Origin: Candidatus Hydrogenedentota bacterium
GTDB lineage: Bacteria; Hydrogenedentota; Hydrogenedentia; Hydrogenedentales; SLHB01
Direction of reading: 5' to 3'
DNA length: 64,000 nucleotides
NCBI GenBank assembly: GCA_045863335.1
Contig: BTVY01000017.1
Location: 1-64,000 of the forward strand
The notes beneath the pieces were generated by a model. That model did not search any database and had not been told where the DNA came from. It saw only the letters and a program-made list of their open reading frames with translations. Within the stretch, counting starts at the first letter, position 1, and each line of letters starts with the position of its first letter. Below, one piece after another: positions 41,319-51,007 of this stretch. The translations under genes were made by a program, and so were the position numbers.

Positions 41319-42149
41319 ATGAGTCCAACACGACGCGAGGCGTTTCGAATCACTGCGGCATCCTTGTGCGGGATGGCCTTCGCCGGGGTGGGCGTTCGCG
41401 CGGACGATCGCGCGGAGCCCGAGATGATTCCCCTCGACTATGGACGGTCCTTCATCTGCAACACGGCAGAGTTCAACTCCGTACGATTCTGGGTGGAGAG
41501 CCGCACGCGGATTATCGACGATGCGGCGGGCACGTGGACGGATTACTACCAGTGCGGTTCCTGCAAGAGCGAGCATACCTTCGCCGAGCGCGATTTGTTC
41601 CAGCAGGACAACTACGATTTCCTGCCCATCCTGGGGAAAGGCGAATGGCTGGTCTTTCGCCGGCCGGTGGGGGAGTTCGACCGGTATCGCACCGTAGCCA
41701 AGACGACGGAGATGTGGGGCGAACCAGTCCTGAAACTGGTGGAAGCCTCGAAGATTTCCGAGTTGGACACGTGGGAAAAAATCCGCGATGCAACGGCCGT
41801 AGCGGCGCCCATCGTCACGCAAACAGAAATCGCGAATGAAGAAACGGGACTGCGCGCCATCATCGAATGCCCGACCAAAACCATGAACGTCAGTCTGGAC
41901 AAGCAGATGTATCAGGTGGACACCGGCCCTGTCGCGTACCCCGATTTGACGAAGCGGCATGAACCGGAGATCGATTGCCTGAGTCTCGCCTTTATTGCGT
42001 TCAATGCGCCGGACTTCGCCGACTTCGTCGTGGAGCAGCTTACGCCGGTCGGCTCCGGCGCGGCGGAGACGTGTAAGGTCTACCATTACTCCGGTCCCTT
42101 CAGTGTCCCGGCGAAGAACCGCGTGTACGCGCTGGAGGGGTTGTCGTGA
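41319..42149 (+). CDS. Hypothetical Tat-exported protein with a CxxC motif
   Basis: TRREAF leader; QCGSCKSEH. Confidence 0.65.
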   Translation: MSPTRREAFRITAASLCGMAFAGVGVRADDRAEPEMIPLDYGRSFICNTAEFNSVRFWVESRTRIIDDAAGTWTDYYQCGSCKSEHTFAERDLFQQDNYDFLPILGKGEWLVFRRPVGEFDRYRTVAKTTEMWGEPVLKLVEASKISELDTWEKIRDATAVAAPIVTQTEIANEETGLRAIIECPTKTMNVSLDKQMYQVDTGPVAYPDLTKRHEPEIDCLSLAFIAFNAPDFADFVVEQLTPVGSGAAETCKVYHYSGPFSVPAKNRVYALEGLS

Positions 42150-43384
42150 TTCGCGGTCTCCTTCTGGCCACGCTGCTTGCGAGCGCGCCCCTCGCCGGTC
42201 ATGCGCAGGAGGAAGGCGCGGTCTCCTTGCCGGGAACGCGTCGCGCGCTGGAAGAGGGGACGGGTCCGGTGCGGATTGTCTGTTTCGGCGATAGCGTGAC
42301 GGGCGTCTATTACCACACCGGCGGGCGTCGTGCGTATGCGGACATGTTGGAAATAGCGCTGCAGCGGCTTTACCCCGACGCAGAAATTGAAGTGGTCAAC
42401 GCGGGCATCAGCGGCCACGCCACGCCAGACGCACTGGCGCGTATCGATACCGACGTGCTCAGCCATCGTCCGCATCTCGTGACGGTCATGTTCGGGCTGA
42501 ACGACATGACGCGCGTGCCCATCGACGAGTATGCCGCGAACCTGAGCGCCATCGCGTCCAGATGCCGCGATGTGGGAGCCGAAGTGCTGTTCTGTACGCC
42601 CAACGCCGTATTCGACACGGAAGGACGCCCGGAATCGGTACTCGAAGAGTACGTGGCGGCAATACATCGCGTGGGCGCGGAAATGCACGTTCCAGTCGCG
42701 GACTGCTTCGCCGCTTTCAAGGCCGTACGAATCGCGGATCGCTTCGCTTTCGCATTGCTTATGAGCGACGAGATTCATCCCAACATGGATGGCCACAAGC
42801 TGTTCGCGGAACTCCTCGCGCAGGCAATCGGTGGACGTGAGGTTTCGCTGGGCGACGTAGGCTATCCGGAGCCCGCCATGCCCAAGACGCGCGCCTTGTT
42901 GCACTCAGGGGAACCGGTCCGGATCTATGCAATGCCGCCCTATGACACACTTGTGCCCGACGCGATCCGTGCCTGCGTTTCTAACGCGCAACTCGAGGTC
43001 ACAGTGTGGCTCGTGGAAGGCAAGAGCCTCTCCGAAATCGAAGCGGATGCGAAGGCGGTTCGCGGGATGGGCGTTGATTTGGTCGTCGTCGCAGTTCCCC
43101 CCGGTGCAAGCGCCGATTCACCCGAACAATTCGTGCGCTCCTATTCCTGGATCATGAACTACGCCCTGAGCTTCGGCCATCAGGAATGGGACGTAATCGC
43201 GTTGCCGCCTTCCCTCGCCACGAGTGAATTGACAGGCGAAGCCGCGGAACATGACCGCCTGGCACAGGGTCTCATCCATTCCCAGGACCTGGGGACGGTC
43301 GTTCGTGCGGCGGCAGACCAAAGGCCAGCGGGCGAGTTGCTGGCGGAGTGGCTGCGCACGCAGATCGCGGATACGGCTAGATAG
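42146..43384 (+). CDS. SGNH/GDSL-family hydrolase, secreted
   Basis: FGDSVT, NAGISG, FGLND and DEIHPN motifs. Confidence 0.88.
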   Translation: MIRGLLLATLLASAPLAGHAQEEGAVSLPGTRRALEEGTGPVRIVCFGDSVTGVYYHTGGRRAYADMLEIALQRLYPDAEIEVVNAGISGHATPDALARIDTDVLSHRPHLVTVMFGLNDMTRVPIDEYAANLSAIASRCRDVGAEVLFCTPNAVFDTEGRPESVLEEYVAAIHRVGAEMHVPVADCFAAFKAVRIADRFAFALLMSDEIHPNMDGHKLFAELLAQAIGGREVSLGDVGYPEPAMPKTRALLHSGEPVRIYAMPPYDTLVPDAIRACVSNAQLEVTVWLVEGKSLSEIEADAKAVRGMGVDLVVVAVPPGASADSPEQFVRSYSWIMNYALSFGHQEWDVIALPPSLATSELTGEAAEHDRLAQGLIHSQDLGTVVRAAADQRPAGELLAEWLRTQIADTAR

Positions 43385-44531
43385 CGTCTTCCATGCCGGC
43401 GTTTTCGCCTTCGAGATCCATCTTCAGCGAAAGAAATTTCAAGAGGTCCTTCAGTGTCACCACGCCCAGTAATTGACCGTTATCTGTCACTAGAAAGCGG
43501 CTGTTGCCGGTTTGATTCATCCGCATCAACGCCTTCATCGCGTCTTCCCGCGGCGAAACCGTGTTGTCCTTGTCGCAGGGTTTGAACACGTCCGCAACGC
43601 GCGTGGCGGCCCATTCTTCCCGTGGAATGTCTTTCACTTCCCGCGTGGTAATGCAGCCCACCAGCTTGCCGTCTTCAACTACCGGAAGCATCTTGTAATG
43701 GTGCCGGTAAATGTAATCTTCGACGAGTTCGGCAACGGAGGTTTGCGTGTCGACATACACGGGCGCGCTGTGCATGAACTTCGCCAGCGGCTCGCCTTCC
43801 AGCGCGCGCCGCACGAGCAATTGGCGGTACGACATCTGGGACGCGCTCCGCATAAACATGCCGATCATGAACCACCACAGTCCACCGATGGGATTTCCTC
43901 CGATGAAGGCGAACACGCCAAGCACGATCAGGCCGGTGCCGAAAAAAGTGCCGATGCCCGACGAGATGCGCGTCGCCCAGCGCAAGTTGTCGCGCGCCGC
44001 CCACAGGGCCGCGCGCAATACCCGGCCGCCGTCGAGAGGAAACGCGGGCACCATGTTGAAGACGGCCAGTATGCCGTTCAGCCAGGCGAGGTACCCCATC
44101 ACGCCGCCAATCGCCGCCATGGCGGGCTGTTGGCGCATGACGACAAATGCGGCCCCGAAAAGCCCGGCGAGCAACACACTCACGATGGGCCCCGCGATGG
44201 CCATGAGAAATTCGGATTTCGCGCTGCGCGGCTCTTCCTCCATCTCCGCCACACCGCCGAAGAGGAAGAGCGTGATGCCGCGGATGGGAATGCCGTACTT
44301 GCGCGCGACTACGGCATGGCCCAGTTCGTGGAGCACGATGGAAACGAAAAGCCCTGCTGCTCCCGCGGCCCCCATAAACCAGTACGCCTGGACGGGCAAG
44401 TCCGGGTACCACTGCGGAAACCAACCCTGGGCCAATGACCACGTGATCAAAATGGCCAGGATAATCCACGTGGCATCGCAATATATTGGAAATCCGAGCA
44501 GGTTAAACAGCTTTGCTCGCTTCGTGAACAT
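43377..44531 (-). CDS. Site-2 protease (M50) with CBS domains
   Basis: HELGH and FNMVPAFPLDGGR motifs; C-terminal CBS pair. Confidence 0.92.
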   Translation of the reverse strand: MFTKRAKLFNLLGFPIYCDATWIILAILITWSLAQGWFPQWYPDLPVQAYWFMGAAGAAGLFVSIVLHELGHAVVARKYGIPIRGITLFLFGGVAEMEEEPRSAKSEFLMAIAGPIVSVLLAGLFGAAFVVMRQQPAMAAIGGVMGYLAWLNGILAVFNMVPAFPLDGGRVLRAALWAARDNLRWATRISSGIGTFFGTGLIVLGVFAFIGGNPIGGLWWFMIGMFMRSASQMSYRQLLVRRALEGEPLAKFMHSAPVYVDTQTSVAELVEDYIYRHHYKMLPVVEDGKLVGCITTREVKDIPREEWAATRVADVFKPCDKDNTVSPREDAMKALMRMNQTGNSRFLVTDNGQLLGVVTLKDLLKFLSLKMDLEGENAGMEDAI

Positions 44532-44642
44532 GTGTATCCATCCTCCGTGCATGCTCGCCCTGGGCAATCCCGGACCAGGCCGTTACCCAGTTAACACAAC
44601 ACGAAGCCCGTTGATTCGCGGTTTTCTATGAGCGCCGTATCG

Positions 44643-46100
44643 TCAGACCGTTTCCACGTCCGAGTTCCGGCCGGCTTCATCGACCAGCGTGACCGACTTG
44701 TACCGGCAGAAGCGCTCCAAATCCTGCCGGACGTCGCCGTAACACGTGACACGGTGCAGACCGCTCGACCAATTGCGCCACAGCGTTCGGATGTCGCCAT
44801 CCACCGCAACTTCGATCTTCGTGCGGCATCCGCGCTCCGTTTCCGGCGTGTCGATGATCGTGCCCGTGAAATACTGGATGCGGTCGGCCCCCACGAGGAT
44901 CGCCTGCGTGACCGGCTGGTTCTTGTCCATGTACACCTGCGTCACCGCGCCTTCCTGCCGCTCCATGATCGTGCGGATGCGGTATGGGCACGCCTTGCCG
45001 TCGGGCCCGTCCATGCGGGTGGATCCGAGGCAATGGGCGAGGATGATGCTGTCCCGCGACTCGTCCACGGTCGGATCGCTGATGAATCCTGGTTTTCCGG
45101 TCAGCCCTTGCAGCATGACAAAGGTCATGGCGCTGGCCAGATCCGATTCGCAGATCCCGGCGAGGCCCATATCGTTGAGCCGCGTGAATCCGATGCACGG
45201 GAAAGCGGGCAACTGCCGGTACATGGAGCCATAGCAGTCGACCGTCATCACCGTCGCGTTTGCCTCGTTCAACAGGTTCTCGAAGGCCAGCGCCAGGCGG
45301 CACGATCGGACGATCTCGTCCTTCGGCGGTTCCACCACCTCACGCGCATTGCCGATCCAACGGCCGGCTTCATTCGCCGCGTCAGACTCGGTCACGGCTT
45401 CGTACGCCGCGAGCATGCGATCGCGATCGACAACTTCGATGGTCGTTCCGAATCGGTCGGCAATAGATTGGAGGTAGTCGGCCTTCAACTCGCGGCTGGT
45501 GACGTTGAGGATCTTCGCTTCGCGCAGGTGATGAATGGCGCGGAACGGGCGCACTGCCGTCGCGAGTTCGTCAAAGTCGCTGGTGAGCGAGCATTCGAAC
45601 AAAGCGCCTTCGGGTTGTTCGCGGAGCTGGCCCATGCGCGTCCACTCGTGCCCCGAGTATGGAGCCGCGAACAAGAAGGTCGGCCGTCCCGCCGTCAGGA
45701 TGTCCCGAACCCACTCATGGACGCCCATCGACAGATGGATACACAACACGCCATCGGCCTCGGCAAGCTGCGGAACGATGGCCTGCACTTCCTCGCGCGA
45801 CGTGATGATCGTATCCGGCACGAATTCCACATCCGCGAATGCGTCGGCCCGCTTGTCGAACTCGGCCTGGTACCGCAGCGCCTCCGCGTTCAGGTCCATG
45901 GATGGCGTCGGCCAATGGGCCTGTGGCACCCCCAAATACAACCGGGCCACCTTCACCTTCGACCCGCGACACCCGGGACTCACCAGCCCCGGATAGAGAT
46001 TCGATTCGTTGCCCAAGGACGGCATGGCCGGCGCCAGATACAGCACCGCCCCCGCGCCCGCCAGTTGAAGGAATTGCCTGCGTTGAATCCCGCGACCCAT
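44643..46100 (-). CDS. L-fucose/L-arabinose isomerase-like protein, Tat-exported
   Basis: QRRQFL leader; ICESDL, GFISDP, LAHC, CRTK and HRVTCYGD motifs. Confidence 0.7.
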   Translation of the reverse strand: MGRGIQRRQFLQLAGAGAVLYLAPAMPSLGNESNLYPGLVSPGCRGSKVKVARLYLGVPQAHWPTPSMDLNAEALRYQAEFDKRADAFADVEFVPDTIITSREEVQAIVPQLAEADGVLCIHLSMGVHEWVRDILTAGRPTFLFAAPYSGHEWTRMGQLREQPEGALFECSLTSDFDELATAVRPFRAIHHLREAKILNVTSRELKADYLQSIADRFGTTIEVVDRDRMLAAYEAVTESDAANEAGRWIGNAREVVEPPKDEIVRSCRLALAFENLLNEANATVMTVDCYGSMYRQLPAFPCIGFTRLNDMGLAGICESDLASAMTFVMLQGLTGKPGFISDPTVDESRDSIILAHCLGSTRMDGPDGKACPYRIRTIMERQEGAVTQVYMDKNQPVTQAILVGADRIQYFTGTIIDTPETERGCRTKIEVAVDGDIRTLWRNWSSGLHRVTCYGDVRQDLERFCRYKSVTLVDEAGRNSDVETV

Positions 46101-46297
46101 AGTCCACCCCCTTGACGCGGCATACACCGCCCCTCGAACGAGGTGCAATCACCGCGCCGCTACGAGTACGTGCCCCCACCCATCAGCATACGGCGAAACG
46201 GCGGGTGTGTAAAGCGCCGCATTTGTGTCCACGGGCACCAGGGGCGTAGCATACCCCGTGGCGGTCCCGACCACGGGCAGACCACAAGGGGGAAACC

Positions 46298-47602
46298 ATG
46301 AATACATCTACACGACGGGATTTCCTGCGCGACACGGCCCGCGCGGGCGCGGCATCAGTGGCATTCGGCATGGCGGCGGGTTCGGCGCGGGCCTTCGGCG
46401 CGAACGAACGCGTGCGCGTCGGGATCGTCGGTTGCGGCGGAATGGGCATCGGCGACCTCGCGACCTTCCTGCGCAATCCGGAAGTCGATTGTCCTGTCGT
46501 ATGCGACGTGGACGATGCGCGAATCGCGAAGGCAGTCGAGTTGGTCGAAGGCCAACGCAACAAAAAGCCCGACACGGTGAAGGATTTCAGGCGCGTCATC
46601 GATCGCGACGATGTGGACGTGGTCCTCGTGGTGACGCCAGACCATTGGCACGCCTTGCCCACCATCTACGCCTGCCAGGCCGGCAAGGATGTCTATTGCG
46701 AGAAGCCTCTCGCCACGACCATCCAGGAAGGCCGCGCCATGGTCGAAGCCGTCAAGCAGAACAACCGCGTGTTGCAGATGGGCACCCAATGGCGCAGCGG
46801 CGAACACTACCGCGCGGCCATCGAGTTCGTGCAGTCCGGTAAGCTCGGCGGTATCCGCATGGTGCGCGTGTGGGCCTACCTCGACTGGGTGGGCGGCATC
46901 GGCAATCCGCCCGACGGCGATCCGCCGCCCGGAGTCGACTACGACATGTGGCTCGGTCCCACGCCGAAACGGCCCTTCAATCCCAACCGGTTCCACTTCA
47001 ATTTTCGCTGGTTCTGGGACTACGCAGGCGGTCTCATGACCGACTGGGGCGTGCACCTCATCAACATTGCCTTCTGGGGCATGGGCACCGAATGGCCGCG
47101 ATCCGTTTACTCCTCCGGCGGCAAACGCGTCATCGACGACAATGCCGAGACGCCGGACACGCAGATCACCGTCTTTGACTTTCCCAGCTACACCATGATC
47201 TTCGAACACCAGATGGTCGGCGGCGTCGGCATCGGCGGGCGGCCCCACGGCATCCTCTTCAGCGGCACCGAAGGGACCCTCGTCATCGACGAACAGGGCT
47301 GGGAAGTGATCCCCGAGCCGAAGAAGAACTCGCTGGAACCCTTGAAGACCGGACCCGGCCCCGACGCGCGGCCCGCGCACGTGCGCAACTTTCTCGATTG
47401 CGTCAAAAGCCGCGAACTGCCGGTCGAACACGTCGAACTCGGGCACTTCGTGTCCACCGTCGCCCACCTCGGTAACCTGGCCCTTCGCACCCAAAGCCAG
47501 ATCGACTGGGACCCCGAAACCGAATCCGCCAAAGGCAACCGCGCCGCAGACGAATTGATCCAAGCCCATTACCGGAAACCGTGGAAACTGCCGTACACGT
47601 GA
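46298..47602 (+). CDS. Gfo/Idh/MocA oxidoreductase, Tat-exported
   Basis: TRRDFL leader; GCGGMG, TPDHWH, YCEKP and DWGVH motifs. Confidence 0.92.
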   Translation: MNTSTRRDFLRDTARAGAASVAFGMAAGSARAFGANERVRVGIVGCGGMGIGDLATFLRNPEVDCPVVCDVDDARIAKAVELVEGQRNKKPDTVKDFRRVIDRDDVDVVLVVTPDHWHALPTIYACQAGKDVYCEKPLATTIQEGRAMVEAVKQNNRVLQMGTQWRSGEHYRAAIEFVQSGKLGGIRMVRVWAYLDWVGGIGNPPDGDPPPGVDYDMWLGPTPKRPFNPNRFHFNFRWFWDYAGGLMTDWGVHLINIAFWGMGTEWPRSVYSSGGKRVIDDNAETPDTQITVFDFPSYTMIFEHQMVGGVGIGGRPHGILFSGTEGTLVIDEQGWEVIPEPKKNSLEPLKTGPGPDARPAHVRNFLDCVKSRELPVEHVELGHFVSTVAHLGNLALRTQSQIDWDPETESAKGNRAADELIQAHYRKPWKLPYT

Positions 47603-47643
47603 TAGCAGCCGAAGCCCAATTGAAAGGCCGAACACGTTGAAAT

Positions 47644-47666
47644 GTAGCGCAGGCGTCCTCGCCTGC
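47644..47666. repeat. Single GTAG-family REP
   Basis: GTAG-C-GCAGGCG-TCCT-CGCCTGC hairpin downstream of a stop codon. Confidence 0.65.
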
Positions 47667-47845
47667 AACTAAAGGGGAGAAGCGAAGTCGAGCGTAGACT
47701 TTTCCGTACAATTTGCTGTGAATCCGGCAAGATCGAACGAGGCACTCCGGACGGGGTATCCGTTATTTGAAATAGAGACACAAGGACTTACGTGACCTGG
47801 CAAAAGAGGCGAAGCCAACGCGCAACACAAAGTCGCGTGCGCAAT

Positions 47846-47874
47846 TTGACTTCGCATCATCCAAGTCGTAAAAT
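47846..47874 (+). promoter_or_regulatory. Sigma70 promoter for tRNA-fMet
   Basis: TTGACT (47846-47851), 17-bp spacer, TAAAAT (47869-47874). Confidence 0.8.
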
Positions 47875-47891
47875 ACCTCTTCGATAGTTGA

Positions 47892-47968
<77 letters not shown>

Positions 47969-47978
47969 TTGAATTCCA

Positions 47979-48010
47979 AGGACTTACGCAGCAGCGTAAG
48001 TCCTCTTTTT
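47979..48010 (+). terminator. Intrinsic terminator-like hairpin after the tRNA
   Basis: AGGACTTACGC-AGCA-GCGTAAGTCCT followed by CTTTTT. Confidence 0.7.
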
Positions 48011-48206
48011 GTGTCCGGACCCCCGAGATGTGGCACTTTGTGTGCCACTTTTTTCGGTAAACATGTTCCCCATGTGGACTTGTAATGCCTCCCGGATCGC
48101 AAAAGGAGCGCTGCCCCGCGGTCGTGCCCGTGCGCATTGCCGCGTCCGCGCCGGTCTATCCGATTGGGACTTACCGCCAACCACGCCACCGAAAAGGAGC
48201 ATGGGT

Positions 48207-48390
48207 ATGGCCAGCCTCAATTCGTATCTGAAGAAACGCGGACGCACGTACTACCTCCACTACTTCGAGAACGGCGTGCGCCAGCGCCTCAGTCTCGGCA
48301 CGGAGGACGTACAGGTCGCCAAGGAGAAGCAGCGCGTCTTTGACTCGACCCGAGTCCGGGGCGAGGACAATCCGCTGCCCACCCAGACGC
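48207..48390 (+). pseudogene. Truncated tyrosine integrase (N-terminal arm-binding region only)
   Basis: AAGGAG RBS; MASLNSYLKKRGRTYYLHYFENGVRQRLSLGT...GEDNPLPTQT next to a tRNA; no catalytic domain follows. Confidence 0.75.
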
Positions 48391-48760
48391 TCATCGGTAT
48401 AGATGGCCTGGTAGACGGCCTCGTGGCTGATGCGCATGCTCGGGTCGTCCGGGTATTCCAGGGGCAGGCTGTTGGCCACCTGCTCGGGCGTCCACCGGCT
48501 GGTGATTCGCTCAATGACGTGGTTCCAAAGGTGCCGATTCTGGAGTTTCTTTCTGGGCCGGCACGCTTTACGGCGTTGTTCATACCGCTGCTGGCCGGAT
48601 TGCGCCGTGTAGCCATTGCGGTTGCTATTGCGCCGAAGTTCCCGGGAAACCGTGCTGTGGGACCGGTTCAGAATCCGAGCAATGGCCCGGGTCCCAAATC
48701 CTGCTTCCAAAGGGCTTCTATCTGGCCACGTTCCATTGGTGTAAGATGATGAGAAGGTAT
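48390..48760 (-). pseudogene. IS30-family transposase 5' fragment (ATA start, frameshift near 48700, no DDE domain)
   Basis: SHHLTPMERGQIEAL / RAIARILNRSHSTVSRELRRN...WTPEQVAN...ISHEAVYQAIY; AGGAG RBS precedes ATA. Confidence 0.9.
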
Positions 48761-49001
48761 CGAGACTCCTTTCGGCTGTTGTTTGGCAAAACCACTGTAC
48801 CGAATTGACGCCTCGATGCCTTCCTCTTTCTCTTCTCGCCTCTTCTCGCTCCAAACTCTCCAACAGGAAAAGGGCCGCCCTTACCCTCTGTCACTCGTTC
48901 GTCGCCAATTCAGGTGAGCGACGAACGGCTCCGACGGGAAAGGGCTCAGGCCACTCCCTTCTCCAAAACTCTCCTCTGGTGCGTTTAGAATATGAATGCG
49001 C
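48390..49001 (-). mobile_element. IS30-family remnant including a probable left terminal inverted repeat
   Basis: GGTGCGTTTAGAATATGAATGCGC (48978-49001) resembles IS30-family ends; transposase fragment downstream. Confidence 0.6.
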
Positions 49002-49202
49002 GTACGAGTTAGCGTATTGACAAAACTGAGCAACTTGCTCTATTCTCTGAACGGGGTCAATCAGTGAATTCTGCAAGAAGCGCGTCTTGGGTGAAACCGG
49101 TTTCTTTCTTGGCTGCTTAGTTACCGGATCAAACGAAGTGTGGCTGGCCGTGGTGCGCTGCGCGTACCTCGCGTCGCCGTATCATGTGTGGGAGGGACCA
49201 GC

Positions 49203-50963
49203 GTGCTTTGCAAGGCTCTAAATCGTTTTGTTTCAGTTTTGTTGTGCATATCCATGGTGGTCATCTCACCTGGTTGTGCCGGAATCCAGCAGGTCGCGCC
49301 ACCCACGTCAAAACAAGCCGTTCTTGAAATGGAACTCCAGGAAGCGGAGGAGATCCGGGCGGACAAGAAGCGGGCGCAGGATATCATCGATCAGCAGTTG
49401 CGAATCGCATCGATGGCGCTGGATGCGGGCGACCCGGTTCTGGCGCGAGAGACCTTGGTTGACGCTACGGGTTGGATGGCGGCAAACAATGCCACGCCCG
49501 AAGACTTTGATGAACGAGCAGACCGCGCCACACGGATGATTGGCGGCGAAGAGCGCGACAAATACTTCCTCGGCGATCCCTACGAACAATTCGCTGCCTA
49601 CTTTCTCTTAGGTGTCCTGGACTTTCAAGCCGGCGACTACGAGAACGCCGCATCGTCATTCCGAAGTGCTTCGCTATCCGATACCTTGTCCCGTCAACCC
49701 GGATACCAATCCGACAGCTATCTCGCGTTCCTCCTGGAAGGCGTCAGCCAGCGCATGGCGGGAAACAGTGCGGCCGCGGAAGAAGCATTCCGGCTCGCGG
49801 CCAATGCCCACGGATTCCGGCAACGCATGCCCTTGGTGGCTCAGGCGATGTATCTTGGCGGCTACCACTATCTGGAAGCGCGCAAAGCCGAAGGTGGGGA
49901 CGAAAAAGAAACTGATGCCCGCTTTGACGTGGTGTTTCCGCTGGTCTTCAACCACTTGCCTCTTGCCACAGCATTGGGTAAAGACGATCTCGCGACCGTC
50001 ATTCAGCAAGCGGCCGATAGCGCGAGCGGCGCGCTTGATGCCGAGGAATTTGAGAAAGACTCGATCGAGGAAAGCGTCGCGAAAGAGTACAAGAAGGAAC
50101 TGCCTGCGGCCAAGGCGGACATTCAGGCAATTTGCGATCAGGCAGTTACCGCGTTGACGCCCGAGATGCTTGCTGCACTGGACGCAGCTGAAACCTACTT
50201 CTCCAAACTGGTCGACGAGTGCCGGAACCCGCTTACCAATACCTTTGTCATTCAGCAAACCGGAAATGCGCCGTACAAGATCCGTATGGGCGCATATGGC
50301 GAAGCGCTGCAGTTTCGTTCAGTGCCCAATCCCGTGGATCGTGCGCTGATCGCGCTCCGGCCCAGTGACGGGGCGGCATCCCAGGGGGAACGAGTCCTGC
50401 TCGCCGCGAACGGAGATTCCCTCGATTACCAGGCGCGCACGCGCGGGGGCCGCGAGATGGATCACATCTTGAAGGGAAAGGCGCAGTTCAAAGATGCCAT
50501 GTCCGTGTCGAATAACTTGGCGGCATGGGGCGGCACCGTAGCAACCACGATCGCACTAGCGCAAGCGATGACCGTTGTGACGACGGTGACGACAACAACC
50601 ACCTACACCGTCTCCTCGACGGGGGCGGTCACCGCGACGACCACGACCACGACCAGTTCTGGCATGGCCGGTTTTGGCGCCGCCGGTACGGCACTGGGAG
50701 TTGCGGCAGCCATGTACGGCATCTATGTCGTGACGATGGTGATTATGGACAGTCTGCATCCGGAAGGCGATGTCCGCGGATGGCACGAATTGCCGGACCG
50801 CTATTACTTTGCCTGCGACTCACTCGCGCCCGGCAGCTATGAGATCGAGTCCAATTACTTCGATAAGCTCGGCCAGCCGCTCGACGAAAAGACGGAGCGA
50901 TACCGCTTCACCGTAGACGGCGAGCGTCCGGCTTTGCTGTATTTGGGGACCCCATGGAGTTGA
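49203..50963 (+). CDS. COG3014-like TPR lipoprotein
   Basis: GGAGG RBS; leader ending SPGC; FLGDPYEQ...GDYENAASSFRSA and GDVRGWHELP motifs. Confidence 0.65.
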   Translation: MLCKALNRFVSVLLCISMVVISPGCAGIQQVAPPTSKQAVLEMELQEAEEIRADKKRAQDIIDQQLRIASMALDAGDPVLARETLVDATGWMAANNATPEDFDERADRATRMIGGEERDKYFLGDPYEQFAAYFLLGVLDFQAGDYENAASSFRSASLSDTLSRQPGYQSDSYLAFLLEGVSQRMAGNSAAAEEAFRLAANAHGFRQRMPLVAQAMYLGGYHYLEARKAEGGDEKETDARFDVVFPLVFNHLPLATALGKDDLATVIQQAADSASGALDAEEFEKDSIEESVAKEYKKELPAAKADIQAICDQAVTALTPEMLAALDAAETYFSKLVDECRNPLTNTFVIQQTGNAPYKIRMGAYGEALQFRSVPNPVDRALIALRPSDGAASQGERVLLAANGDSLDYQARTRGGREMDHILKGKAQFKDAMSVSNNLAAWGGTVATTIALAQAMTVVTTVTTTTTYTVSSTGAVTATTTTTTSSGMAGFGAAGTALGVAAAMYGIYVVTMVIMDSLHPEGDVRGWHELPDRYYFACDSLAPGSYEIESNYFDKLGQPLDEKTERYRFTVDGERPALLYLGTPWS

Positions 50964-51007
50964 GTGGCTCGAACGCGCGACTGGAAATGGAGGCTGAGGA
51001 GATCGCA

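Noticed and set aside
48009-48863. 246-aa (+) and 230-aa (-) ORFs treated as intact genes
   Set aside because: Both are chimeras reading through the integrase/IS30 junction; neither has a catalytic domain.
50568-50660. ACG/ACC runs as a tandem repeat or CRISPR array
   Set aside because: Mixed Thr codons inside a CDS with no repeat-spacer structure. I saw no CRISPR array or cas gene in the window.
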